DNA of 60,180 nucleotides, counting the filler, from Hausera hauseri (lineage: Eukaryota), in the NCBI GenBank assembly GCA_046269625.1. It is 11 parts of 11 records of this genome, joined end to end, with 100 filler letters (N's around TTAATTAATTAA, not from the genome) between each part and the next. Parts side by side here need not be neighbours in the genome. Positions count along the whole stretch, not along the records: positions 8,187 to 14,329 come from JBJURY010134206.1; positions 14,430 to 20,380 come from JBJURY010164421.1; positions 20,481 to 25,422 come from JBJURY010384702.1; 8 more parts are not named here. The stretch is one strand, 5' to 3'. This document shows positions 10,900 through 21,639 of the stretch, piece by piece (within the stretch, counting starts at the first letter, position 1; each line of letters starts with the position of its first letter). The position numbers and the translations under genes are program-made. Below the pieces are notes generated by a model. It made no database searches and was not told the DNA's origin. It was given only the letters and a program-made list of their open reading frames with translations.

Positions 10900-12695
10900 T
10901 TTACTGAACGGGGTAATAATTGCAGTTAAAATCTTGCAGGAAAATTTTGCTAGCGTAAATATTTCCTACCCATTTATGATTGCTGGGATTACTGCTTTTA
11001 CTAATTGTACTAAGAAGTAAATTGCTAAAAATTCAGGTGCGGCTTGTCCAAAAATTAAAAATCTTCCCAATATTTTATAGAGTATTTCTGTGGTTACCCG
11101 TTGGTAATGGTTCGTGCCAAGCAGGAATTCCCATTTAGTCTGATAACGGGTATCTTTTACTACTAATACCATGGCTCGCTTTAATTCATGTGTTTACTGC
11201 CGTGGAAAAGCGAGAAATTGTCGAAAAGGTTCGATTTCTTTTGGTCTGTAAATACCCTTTTGTGATGTATCCTGGAACTTGTCGTCGATAATTCCTTTTG
11301 CTAAATTGGTTCCAGTTAGCTTTTTAGGAATGATAGTGACACCTCTATTAGGTACGCTAACCCAATCCGTTTTACTACGTCTAAACGTTGGTTCAGCCAG
11401 ACTTGCCTTACAATACTTTAGGATTGTGGGTTGTGTTGCGTTATCCAACAACACCCTAGTGAGGGGAATGGCTAACCGTGGAGTGTTTTGATAGACTACA
11501 AGAAGCTCTTGTATACATCGTTTTTCTTCCACATTAATCGGCACCTCTCTTTTCTAGCACTATTATGCTAGTAGAACTTTGCCAGTAACTCGACCAAAAA
11601 TTCCTTCTTTCATGGGAATAATCGGTGAGCCTAACCCAGGGTTCGTGTAAATAAGAGCTAGTTTTGTCCTCATAATCTCCGTGCCAAATTTGCAGTCATT
11701 AGTTATAATTTTATGGTATAATTCGGCAATCCCGACTTGTCCTTTATAATAAAAATAATCGTACCGTTTCTTTAGATAATCCTGTGTGTCTAAGTTATAC
11801 GTTTTTGCGTTTATCTCTGTTTCTGCGATGAAGAACGCTTCATAGTTGATGGTGAACATTACTACTTCACAACGTGAGATCATTTCTTTTTTATAAATTT
11901 TAATCCATGTTGATCAGAGGGGTATGATGTTCTAATACGTCTTTACGTGATCTTGAACTCATGTAAGATTTGTCTACGTATCGTTTCCCGGTAGTTTCAT
12001 TGAATTTCAGTTCCTTCATTTTAATAAAATTACACCCTTTTCCAGAGGGCGGTTCCCATATGGCTAAGGAACTTCTGAAGGCGCAGGTTCTATCCTGTAT
12101 ATGGCATTTTTGGTTCTCGGTATATAGCTTAGTGAAGCTATGGAACATAACTTTCTGGACTTGCATTTCCAATTTGTAAAAGTCTACGACTACTACATTT
12201 GCTTCTAATCCTTTTCCGGTATCGTATTCTGCTCCGCTACATTGCCCGTTATGCACATCTAACCTTCCGACTACTATTTTATATTCTGTAATTATCTTCC
12301 CAGGCTGCGTCTCTAGTTCCATACTGCCCCATTTTAGTCTTCCGGTTTCTCGGGCCTGTTTACAGTGTTGCGTTTCCAAATTCTTGGGAATTGGAGGGGT
12401 CGTTGGTTTGACTATTGAAGAATGTCCGTGCATTAATTCACAGTGGAAAACGCTACGAGATCGTCTCAGCATACACTCCATGCCGTCCAAGATTATCTTT
12501 TCTTGTTGTTGATATAGAAAATAACTCTTCTGCTTTGTTTCCAATTTGTGTGATCTGACATCTTCACATGCTTTTAGGCCCATTAATGAATATTTTTGTC
12601 CAAGCTTAAATCTATCGCAATCGTAGACGGTGACAGCGACCATCTATTTTATCAACATTACTATGGTGAGCAAACTGATTAATCAATTAGATTTA
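10900..12695 (-). pseudogene. Chuvirus-like envelope glycoprotein, copy 2
   Basis: ORF 11900..12643 VYDC...YSL...C...RSVFHCELMHGHSS...CKQARETG...NGQCSGAEY...NVVV; 11563..11883; 11194..11544 RCIQEL.V...PLTRVL...KGIYRPKEIEPFRQFLAFP; TM in 10966..11172. Confidence 0.82.
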
Positions 12696-14429
12696 TTCTT
12701 CATATTATCCGTTGTCGTCAAGTTCCGTATAATGTCTCCGAGTCCATTGTTACTATTGGTCTTTTTATCCTCTTCCGTATCAAACAATATTGGTCAATTT
12801 ACTTCACACGAAAATTTTTTGCCGCCTTTCGCGCCAAACTTGTAGCGCGATCAAATTCATTCTCTCGATTTGAATTTGTCTTGATTGCTAAGTACAATAA
12901 TACTTTCGTAGCTCTTCTGTCCTATTCTCTACCATGATTTTCTCAACTATTGCATCATCAGTTAGGTTACTTTTTGACAGCTTGAAACGCGAACTTCTCA
13001 TTATCCTTGCTGCGTTAAATATCGCTTTTTCTTTTTCATCTAATGTATCTCCCCAAAAACTTGAATAATTTACGATACCTATTAAGTTCTTCATTAACTC
13101 GCTTAATTCTTCATTGTCTGTGTTAAAGGTTGGAATAGACATTTGTCTCAGCTCTGGAATTAATTCTCCGTAATAGTTAACCTTTTTTCGGGCTTTCTTG
13201 GGTCTTCGGAATGGGCGTTTTGGCCTTGGAGCATTGTTTGTTATTACACTTAGTGGCACTAGATTCTTATTATATTGTTCCTTGTCTTCATCCATCTGTA
13301 AATACTCGAAATACATAGCCTCATCTTGTACTCCCATAATTTGCCCTATACATTGTTCCGTTTTAGCCTTTCTCGTGGCTTCTTTTGTCTGTTCGTTGGC
13401 TATTATTACTATTATCCGATTTGTTTCGTCGGAAATAATTCCGACGTCTATTAACTGTTCTAACTCGTCGAGTATTCTTCCTCTGAAGTAAGATTTGTAA
13501 TTTAGCTCATTTATTCCGCCATTATTTACTAACCATTTTCTTACGTCCTTCACGTAAGAGTAAGTGGTTAGTTCCCATTCTTTTTTGTTCATCCACTCGG
13601 ATGATATTATTATTTTTTTGTTACCTCAGGATTATCCTTCAAAATTTTCGCATACTTCTTTATTAAAAGTTTCGGCACCGTGCTATAAATGATGTTTTCA
13701 CTGAATAATTTAGTCAAGGTCGGAATGAGTTATCTAAGCTTATTTTTGGTAATATTTACATTAATTAGTTCAATCAAGTCCTTTTCGGTTAACACTGAGT
13801 CCAAAAGCATCTCCACATTGAATTTCCTGTTCTTCGGATACATTTCTATTTCATTTAAGTGCATTGGAGTTACGGGATTTTCGGCCGTTATTGCTTCTAA
13901 ATAAGCATTCCATTCTGGTTCGTTCCCAATATCGGGAAGTACATAGTCTACTAGGGATGTGTTCGTTCTTTGTACATTTTTTCGAATTCCTTTCAATTTT
14001 GGTTGTATTTCTTTCATCTGCGTAGTTCGAAAACCTATTCCATTTCCGCAGGCATCCTGAATCATTTTCAGTGCTTCGCCTAATTCATTAGAATCGATAA
14101 GTCCTTTCTGGTGATAATCGGTTAGTTCAATAATTACGTCCTTTTGCCATCTCTGTACAAACTCTCGCTTATTTTTAATTTCCGATTCGGTAAAAGCATA
14201 TTTGTTTCAGTAGCTTTTGAATTTTAGCCTCGTTGCTCTTTGTTTTGTTCTGATGCATGTTTCTTCAACTTGTTGTAATTTGGGTATCAATTGCCTCATC
14301 TTCTCATCATTAATCTCCGCCATTTCTACNNNNNNNNNNNNNNNNNNNNNNNNNNNNNNNNNNNNNNNNNNNNTTAATTAATTAANNNNNNNNNNNNNNN
14401 NNNNNNNNNNNNNNNNNNNNNNNNNNNNN

Positions 14430-14870
14430 AAAAAAATGTTGAAACCATAAAGAACATCCTTGAGCAGGCCAGGAGGGAGATGGAGGCGCAGCAGCAGGCA
14501 CTCATGGAGATGGAGGCCTGCGGAAGGTCGTCCGCCGCCAGCTCCGGGGTCCAGGTGGAGCGCCTGGGGCCCCCAGAGCGCTCCAGGGTCCTCCCGCTGC
14601 CCATCTCCATCAAACAGGAGGACGGGGGATGCATTGCCGTGTGCATGGCCAACTCCATCAGCAGCCCCCAGACGCCGCTCAGCGTCATCTCCCCGGCCGC
14701 TTTCGTTCAGAACATCATCCGCAAAGTCAAGTCGGAGATCGGCGAAGCCGGCACTTACTTCGATCAGCACTGGTCTCAGGAGCGGGGAGCCATGATACTG
14801 GGCGGCAGCGGCGGCGTCTCCTCCCGGCCCTTTAGCTCCGTCTCGCCCTCCTTGTCTTCCTCCTCCTCCG
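14430..14870 (+). CDS. cux2: Exon fragment of vertebrate (teleost-like) CUX2 homeobox factor; probable host contamination
   Basis: [50 protein letters not shown] and [14 protein letters not shown] match CUX2 as recalled; GC-rich, unlike the flanking DNA. Confidence 0.85.
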
Positions 14871-14899
14871 GGTTGGAACAGGCAGTCAGGGACACATCT

Positions 14900-16330
14900 G
14901 AGTCTCATGCTGTTCTTCTTGGGCTTTTCTCAGAAAATTTTGCGTTTCCCTTTTAATTTTACTAATATAAACTTTCATTGTAATAAATTCTTCTTTTAAT
15001 TTGTTTTCAAAAGAATATACTGGATATCCTATTGATGGATTCATAGCCATACCGGCAAATCCCAGTTCACATTTCATCTGTTTAACATTGTCACAAATAA
15101 ACTTAACCAAATTCGTTTGGTCGCTTTTAAAACCGGCAACTTGTGAACGAGTGTTCAACAGATTAGACTGACATTTGTTTTTCATTTGTGACATTAAGTA
15201 ATTCTTCTTGAAGTCTTGTTGCTTCTTTAGTCTTATCGTCTAATCTCATCGTCAATTCTTTAACTACAGCGATCATATCTTTAGCTTCTTTATCACGAGC
15301 TTCAAATTTATTCTGAAGAGTTGCATTATCCTTTGATAGTATTGCATTTTCTCGTGCTAATTTTACAATTTGACCTTTAACATTATCAACAAATGCTTTC
15401 AGTTTATTTGCTGTTTCGGTCAATTTTGCAAAATTTGCATCCTTCCTATCTATATCGGCATACAACTCTTTCACTTTTTCATCATCAATACAGTCTCTGT
15501 TTTGACTCGTTTGTTTCGTAGCTTGTATTTTGGTTATTTCTTTCACAGCTTTACTTTCCTTCTCAACTTCTTGGCATGGATCAAATATTTCGTCCCAGTC
15601 AGCCCTGTCAACCTTTTCTTTATTTCTCCATATCTTTAGTTCTGCAACAACTTTATTATATGATTCAAGTATGGAGTCATATTTTTTCTTCAAATCCAAG
15701 TATTCATTTCTCCACTGCTCAGCACTAAGTTGCATGTTAACAGTGACTATGTTTTTAATCGTCTTCATTCTCTGGCCAAATAAACATGTTTATTTAGTTT
15801 CAGCTTCATTGAATTAAGCGGGTGAACAGCAAATGATCATCATTGTTTTAGAATTCCCTCCAAGAGAATCTTGTAAAAGTCTTGTTAATTTTGCATCTCT
15901 ATATGGAACATGCGCCACTCCTTCAGTCAACGAATTGATCACATTTCCAAGAACTGAAAGTGATTTATTAATATTTTAGCCTATTCCAAAGTTTGTCCCT
16001 CGGCCTCTGTTTTGCTAACTTTTTTGCTGCCTGCCAAGTCAACAAGATAAAATCGGCTGGTCAACTGTTGTTTCTGAGTTAGATTTTCCTGTTGTATGTT
16101 AAGACAAAATAAACAATGGCTTATCGAACTTTCTTTATTCATGGCGGTTGAGGCCACCCTTCTGTCATCCTGTGTAGTCAGTACGACATTCTCGGTTCTG
16201 TGATTGCTGGGACCCATATATCGATATACATCTTCATGATATATTAATAATTTCCAGATAATATGATTGAATATATTGAATATTTTGATCGATCATATCA
16301 ACATTTTCTAAATTTACATCAAACGAGGCC
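14900..16330 (-). pseudogene. KIF5: Kinesin-1 heavy chain pseudogene (motor C-terminal half, neck, shortened stalk)
   Basis: [87 protein letters not shown]; in-frame TAG/TAA at about 15981, 15815, 15793; no introns seen. Confidence 0.9.
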
Positions 16331-17877
16331 TGGAATGAAATTATTTCTTTGTCGCAACTGTTCACAGAGAATTCACAGAGAATTCGAAATTTTCTGTTAT
16401 GGCTAACATTACGAAGAAATTTACATATGGCATATACATAAATAATTTCTGAAAATATGAATTCCAAGGCTAAATTCCAAGTAAATTTAAATTGAGACAT
16501 CATTAATAACCCAATATTAAATAACACCACACTCTGAACAAAACTTTCTCTCTGACGCTTTTGATGTCGTTTGAAATTCTATCCAGATGCAATTTCGCTG
16601 TTTTCAAGCAAGCTGTACATTTTCGAAGGCGTGTATAACGTCGAGGACATTTCATCTTCATTATTCATCTCGTAACCAATCTTCGCGAAATTTAATATAG
16701 CATTAAATTTTTCATCACCACGAATGATTGCTATCGTGACACATTTAAAGTTTACAATGAACTCATATAATTAAACATCGGATAATTTCGTCATCCTATT
16801 TCGTTCAAATTCATAATTTGCTTTATATAATAATTTTGGCATCAAATTTTTTTTCAACTTCTTCGTTAGACTGTATGATAAATTTTGGAAATGTCCCACT
16901 TGAGATGCCATTTGATGTCCGTTTCAGTATAAAATCTTCATATTTCAACAATATTTTATTTTTCCTTTGAATTATCTCTAATTTTCCTTTTCATCGTTAT
17001 ATCTTCAACTTTCATTTTCTTTTTACAACTTTTGAAATTCAAAAGGAAACGAGATCAATTTCACAATAACTATTTTTTACACACAAAGTTACACTTTTAC
17101 TACAACAAAACAAAAACTGATACACAATTTACAAGAAAGTTCATAGGATTTGTTATCACAATTTATTTTCATGATCCTGGACCTTGATTATTACAATGAT
17201 TTATATATATATTCATTGGCAACTTTATAGTATAATTCCATCTATTTCGTCACGTCATCCACTTCACTGATATACACCACCGTCCGCCGTCTCAATTCCC
17301 CATCTCTTACTTTAATTTATTATTTTGGTGTATACAAGTAGGTTTATTTTTGTTTATTTTTAAAAGGCTTAAAACGATAATATAAACGCGAGACGATATA
17401 CCCCAATAAATTTTATTACAGTAATCACCAAAAGGAGGTTTAAGGCGGGAGCAGAGACGGGTAACGATAATATATACATCAATGCAGAATAACTGACCTT
17501 TTTTTATTGGCTAATTTTTTCCTTTAATCTGATCTCTCGTAGTCCTGGTCATGATTTCATTACTTTTGACACGGCCTGAATTAGTGTGAATAAAATTAAA
17601 CCGAAGGAATTCTTTGTTATAGATTTGGGTTCTCGTTCGTCCAGGATGCCATTTGTTGTTCGAATATCGAATTTCCAGAAAAGGTTCGATTCTTTCGGAT
17701 TTTTATGGGGACCCGTAACCCCATCGTAATCAATAATTGTGGCTATAAAGAGAGCCATTAACATTTCCAATTTTTTGATAGCCTCTACACATCTTATTTT
17801 TGTCTTGTTTTTTTGTTGTGACATCTTTCTTTAAACGATAATAGACGATGAAAAGCTTTGTTTGACTCATGATCAAA

Positions 17878-18810
17878 TTATTTCATTTCATTCTCAAATT
17901 CTGTGGTCTCTAATTCGGTTGTTATTCCCGTATCGTTAAATGGTGAAATCTTAATAAAGATGTTAGAACCATTACAAATTTCATGAAGTGAAGCGATGCC
18001 AGCTCCATTACACTTCGTATAATCAACGGTTTTAGTATCCAGAAAATAATAGACTTCTGTATCCAATCCAATGTTATCTAATGTAATCGCAATCCCATAT
18101 TTATCTATGGAGTCAATTCGATACTTCTCTTTCAAGACCTTATTCGTACTCTCTTTAAGTCTCATTTCTATATCAAGGTCAATACACCGTTCATTATCAA
18201 TAAAACAAGGCCACTCAACTTCATCAAACGTGATCATTGATATGTGGTCATCTAAAACAACTATCATAATCATATTCCCAATATTCGTATTGAACCTGCG
18301 ATCGATTTCGCGTTGTTTAACAAAATTTGTTCGGTCACGGTCGACAATTTTACCACAGAGAAAACGTAAATTTTCATCGTCAACACTACTTTCGACGCCC
18401 TTTACCTTTAAATTTGGTTTTCGTCTCGTAGCACAAACAAGCAATTCTAAACAAGAGAATGTTCCGCAAGTTCCGTTTTTGAAATCGACATTGCATTCCA
18501 CTCCATTTACTTCTTCAACACATTTGTACTCACTATATACCTTTTTTATTTTTTCCCTATTTCCGTTCAACTGTATGGCATTACTTAGTATAAACATATG
18601 AATACTATCCACTTGACAGTAATGTTGTTCATCAGGAACGGAATGCAATACCTTTTCAGCCATAAATTTCCTTGCTCTTCCATTATATGTCAATTTCATA
18701 ATTTGTACCTTTTCTACGGCGGATTTCTTAGTAAGCATCCTTTGTTGATTTTTCATGTATAGAACTACCTCCTGTAGTCTGATACAAGGTTGTCTATTCA
18801 TTAAGGACAT
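17878..18810 (-). CDS. Hypothetical protein, 310 aa, intronless
   Basis: Long ORF in AT-rich DNA; no recognised motif. Confidence 0.5.
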   Translation of the reverse strand: MSLMNRQPCIRLQEVVLYMKNQQRMLTKKSAVEKVQIMKLTYNGRARKFMAEKVLHSVPDEQHYCQVDSIHMFILSNAIQLNGNREKIKKVYSEYKCVEEVNGVECNVDFKNGTCGTFSCLELLVCATRRKPNLKVKGVESSVDDENLRFLCGKIVDRDRTNFVKQREIDRRFNTNIGNMIMIVVLDDHISMITFDEVEWPCFIDNERCIDLDIEMRLKESTNKVLKEKYRIDSIDKYGIAITLDNIGLDTEVYYFLDTKTVDYTKCNGAGIASLHEICNGSNIFIKISPFNDTGITTELETTEFENEMK

Positions 18811-19219
18811 CTCACAGATTTCACCATAGAATGATTTATTTTAACGTTAGGTATATCCTCTGATAAAATTGCATTACTCTCGAGTTTTTCGGTTAATTTT
18901 GTAGAATTAACATCCACTAAATATTCACTACTATCAACCTTCACCTTGTTAGCTTTTTCCGCTTCGTTCAATTTAATACATACCAATTCCGAACTTGTTT
19001 GATCATTGTAAACAATTTCAGGGGGAATTAGTTTATTGTTCCTGTAAACATGAATCCCTAAAAATTCTCCTTTATAATTGTATACAAGGCTATGAATTTT
19101 TTCAACGATTGCAGGATTAAAAATTTCGAAAATGTCATTTTTATACGGCTTTTCTCTTGATCGCGCCCAATAGGTGACAGAATCAACGAGTCTGTCAAAC
19201 GCAGTTTTACCGAGTCTCG

Positions 19220-20293
19220 CTAAGTATTCGGCTGTTTCTTTATCTTCAATATCGTCAAACCACCACCACCAATAACAATTAACTCATTTTTGAGAATAAC
19301 GACTTGGTTAGTTTTCATTCGTGCACTCTCTTCATCATGCGATTCAATTGACGTAGCAACGAAATCCAGTTTTTTATAATACTTTTTGTTTAATGATGAT
19401 TCAGTCTTTTCATAAATTTCTTTAGACGAAACATCAGCAATAGTACAATCATCAGAGTCGTTATCATAGTCAACAACCTTATTTTTTGAAACTTTATCAT
19501 TTTTCAATTTTTGAAACCACGGCTTAATTTCTACACACAACTTGATTATAGCTGGCGTTAAATTATCGCACCGAAACTCTTCCAATGCGACTGTCAGACT
19601 TTGGTATTCTGCTTTTAAATTGTCGATTTCCTTACGACGGGACGATATGTTTTTCTTGTCAGCTGTATTCTGTTTCTCAACCGCATACAAACGTAATTTT
19701 AATTCGGATGTTTCACAACGTAACGAATCCAAACATTCCACATTGCCCTTTAATGCCTTTTCTAAACGTTCCTTCAACATCGTCGAGTCGTACACAACAA
19801 AATGTTGAAATACTGTCAATTGCATCCATAATTCGTCTTTTTTCAATTTACACTTTTTCAATATTTTTAACGTTTTGATTTGCGCTTTTTTATAATTTGC
19901 AGCAAATGCCACTTGTTGACACTCGATCAACTGCTGATGTAACTTATTGATGTATTCTTTTAACATAACGACTTTATTCTGCAGTTGTATTTTAGAGTTT
20001 TTCATTTCAACGGTGTATTTACAATAACAACCTACAACTGCGACTCTTCTACTGAGTAAAATTTTCGTATGCAACTGTTCATATAGTCGACTGTCATCAT
20101 CTCTCAATATTCTAATTTCATCCATTTTCCCATTGACAAATCTGTATGCTGTTGTTTCGGTTGGATTATAATTGGTCACGTCTTTGGACTTTTTCCGTGA
20201 TTTATTACATTGTACATAAAGCTGTCCCAATGTTTCTACTGATCGTAAATTCTGTGACTGCAACTGCTCATTGCACAAAACCAAATGATCCAA
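19220..20293 (-). CDS. Hypothetical coiled-coil-rich protein, 357 aa, intronless
   Basis: Long ORF with heptad-like K/E/L/Q content; no recognised family. Confidence 0.5.
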   Translation of the reverse strand: MDHLVLCNEQLQSQNLRSVETLGQLYVQCNKSRKKSKDVTNYNPTETTAYRFVNGKMDEIRILRDDDSRLYEQLHTKILLSRRVAVVGCYCKYTVEMKNSKIQLQNKVVMLKEYINKLHQQLIECQQVAFAANYKKAQIKTLKILKKCKLKKDELWMQLTVFQHFVVYDSTMLKERLEKALKGNVECLDSLRCETSELKLRLYAVEKQNTADKKNISSRRKEIDNLKAEYQSLTVALEEFRCDNLTPAIIKLCVEIKPWFQKLKNDKVSKNKVVDYDNDSDDCTIADVSSKEIYEKTESSLNKKYYKKLDFVATSIESHDEESARMKTNQVVILKNELIVIGGGGLTILKIKKQPNT

Positions 20294-20480
20294 TTCATAG
20301 AAATGTTCAATTCTTCCTTTTATGACAGAATTTAATAAGAAATTTTTATTATATTTGGATTACTTTAGATTGAACAAATTNNNNNNNNNNNNNNNNNNNN
20401 NNNNNNNNNNNNNNNNNNNNNNNNTTAATTAATTAANNNNNNNNNNNNNNNNNNNNNNNNNNNNNNNNNNNNNNNNNNNN

Positions 20481-20700
20481 GGGAATAGTGAAACCCACTT
20501 GGCCCCAGAAAATCCTTTGTTCCGGGGTGGGAATAGTGAAACCCAGTTGGCCCCAATTCTCCTTGATTGGTCCTCTACTCCCATTGGCTTCCTTCCTTCC
20601 CACGATGACGTGTCTTCCTCCCATTTGCCAGTTTTCCTTCCCCACGATGACGTGTTCTCCTCCCATTAGCTTCCTTCCTTCCGGGGGGGGAGTTGGTGCG
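20481..20700. repeat. Paired direct repeats at contig start, resembling an element terminus
   Basis: GGGAATAGTGAAACCCA(C/G)TTGGCCCCA at 20481 and 20529; TTCCTTCCCACGATGACGTGT..TCCTCCCATT at about 20593 and 20633. Confidence 0.8.
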
Positions 20701-20913
20701 AAGTCCTCACAACCAACTACTGTGCAGCTATCTCGTTGTTTGTCAAATGTGTTCCACCAAAGTAACCCACCAATGTCCAGAATGTAACGAATAACTTCTT
20801 CAATAACGAAACGAAACAGTGTCATGGGCTTCAATGACGTGGAGATAATTTTAACTAGTATGCATCATTGTAATATGAAACAATACTCACAAAGTAAATG
20901 TCTATAGCTTACA

Positions 20914-21327
20914 ATGAAAACAAACCGGTATGAAAAATTTGATATAAATATGAATGTAGTTTCATTTAACGTACATTATCTGCTCAATGCTATTCAACTG
21001 GCATTGACGCAAACGGTCAAAATCAAAACGGTGAAATATGGTCTATTGGTGAAAAAGATCATAGACGATGATTTAGATAGAGTGGTAGAAACAATTATAA
21101 AAGTTGGCAGTGATTTGGTGTTGAGTAACAATATTGGAGATGCATCGTCGACTTTTATCAAAGGAAATATGGCAAAAATTATCAGTTCACATGGCGGAGA
21201 AACAGCAGAGTCAGTTTTGCCACCAGAAAGAGCTAAAGGCTACCTGACACTGAAGCTCAAAGGATTCAAGGAAAGCAGCTTCGTCAAATCTCCAATATGG
21301 AAAATGGGAAAGTTTACTATGATTTAA
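20914..21327 (+). CDS. Hypothetical 137-aa protein convergent with pPolB
   Basis: Intact ATG-started ORF followed by AATAAA at about 21373 and 21451. Confidence 0.55.
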   Translation: MKTNRYEKFDINMNVVSFNVHYLLNAIQLALTQTVKIKTVKYGLLVKKIIDDDLDRVVETIIKVGSDLVLSNNIGDASSTFIKGNMAKIISSHGGETAESVLPPERAKGYLTLKLKGFKESSFVKSPIWKMGKFTMI

Positions 21328-21639
21328 CTGACTTACTTTGTATGTTTTTGTGATTTTAGATTTTCTCCGATCAATAAATAAATGTATTCGTGTTATATAT
21401 TTTGTTTTCTCGTACAAGGTCATTGTTTTACTTTTACTTCTATCTTACTTAATAAAATAGATTAAGTAAGTAACTGAAAACAAAACACAAAAGACATTGA
21501 ACAAAGTACATTATTAACATCGAAATAAAACAATGTACAAAAGATAATTGTCAATAACTGTCACAATATCCAGACCAGATTGAATTGCCTGTATCTGATC
21601 AGATTTGATCTGACACCACCGAACGTGTCTTATTTCAAC

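Larger units (their letters stand above)
8187..14329 (-). mobile_element. Decayed Ty3/Gypsy retroelement, copy 2: X, glycoprotein, protease, RT, RNase H on one ungapped contig
   Basis: Colinear and clearly homologous to 1-5950; ALIDTGSEKSF near 10170, AYLDDV near 8905, IIKTDASKEGIG near 8460, NYSVTELETLAV near 8345. Confidence 0.94.

Noticed and set aside
1-14329. Apparent tandem duplication of the env-bearing retroelement
   Set aside because: The two copies are on separate contigs joined by a spacer, so physical adjacency is not supported.
15780-15990. Possible stop-codon reassignment suggested by many in-frame TAA/TAG
   Set aside because: Stops replace different residues (Glu, Ser, Gln, Arg), co-occur with frameshifts, and are absent from KDM5 and UBA2 exons; this is ordinary decay.
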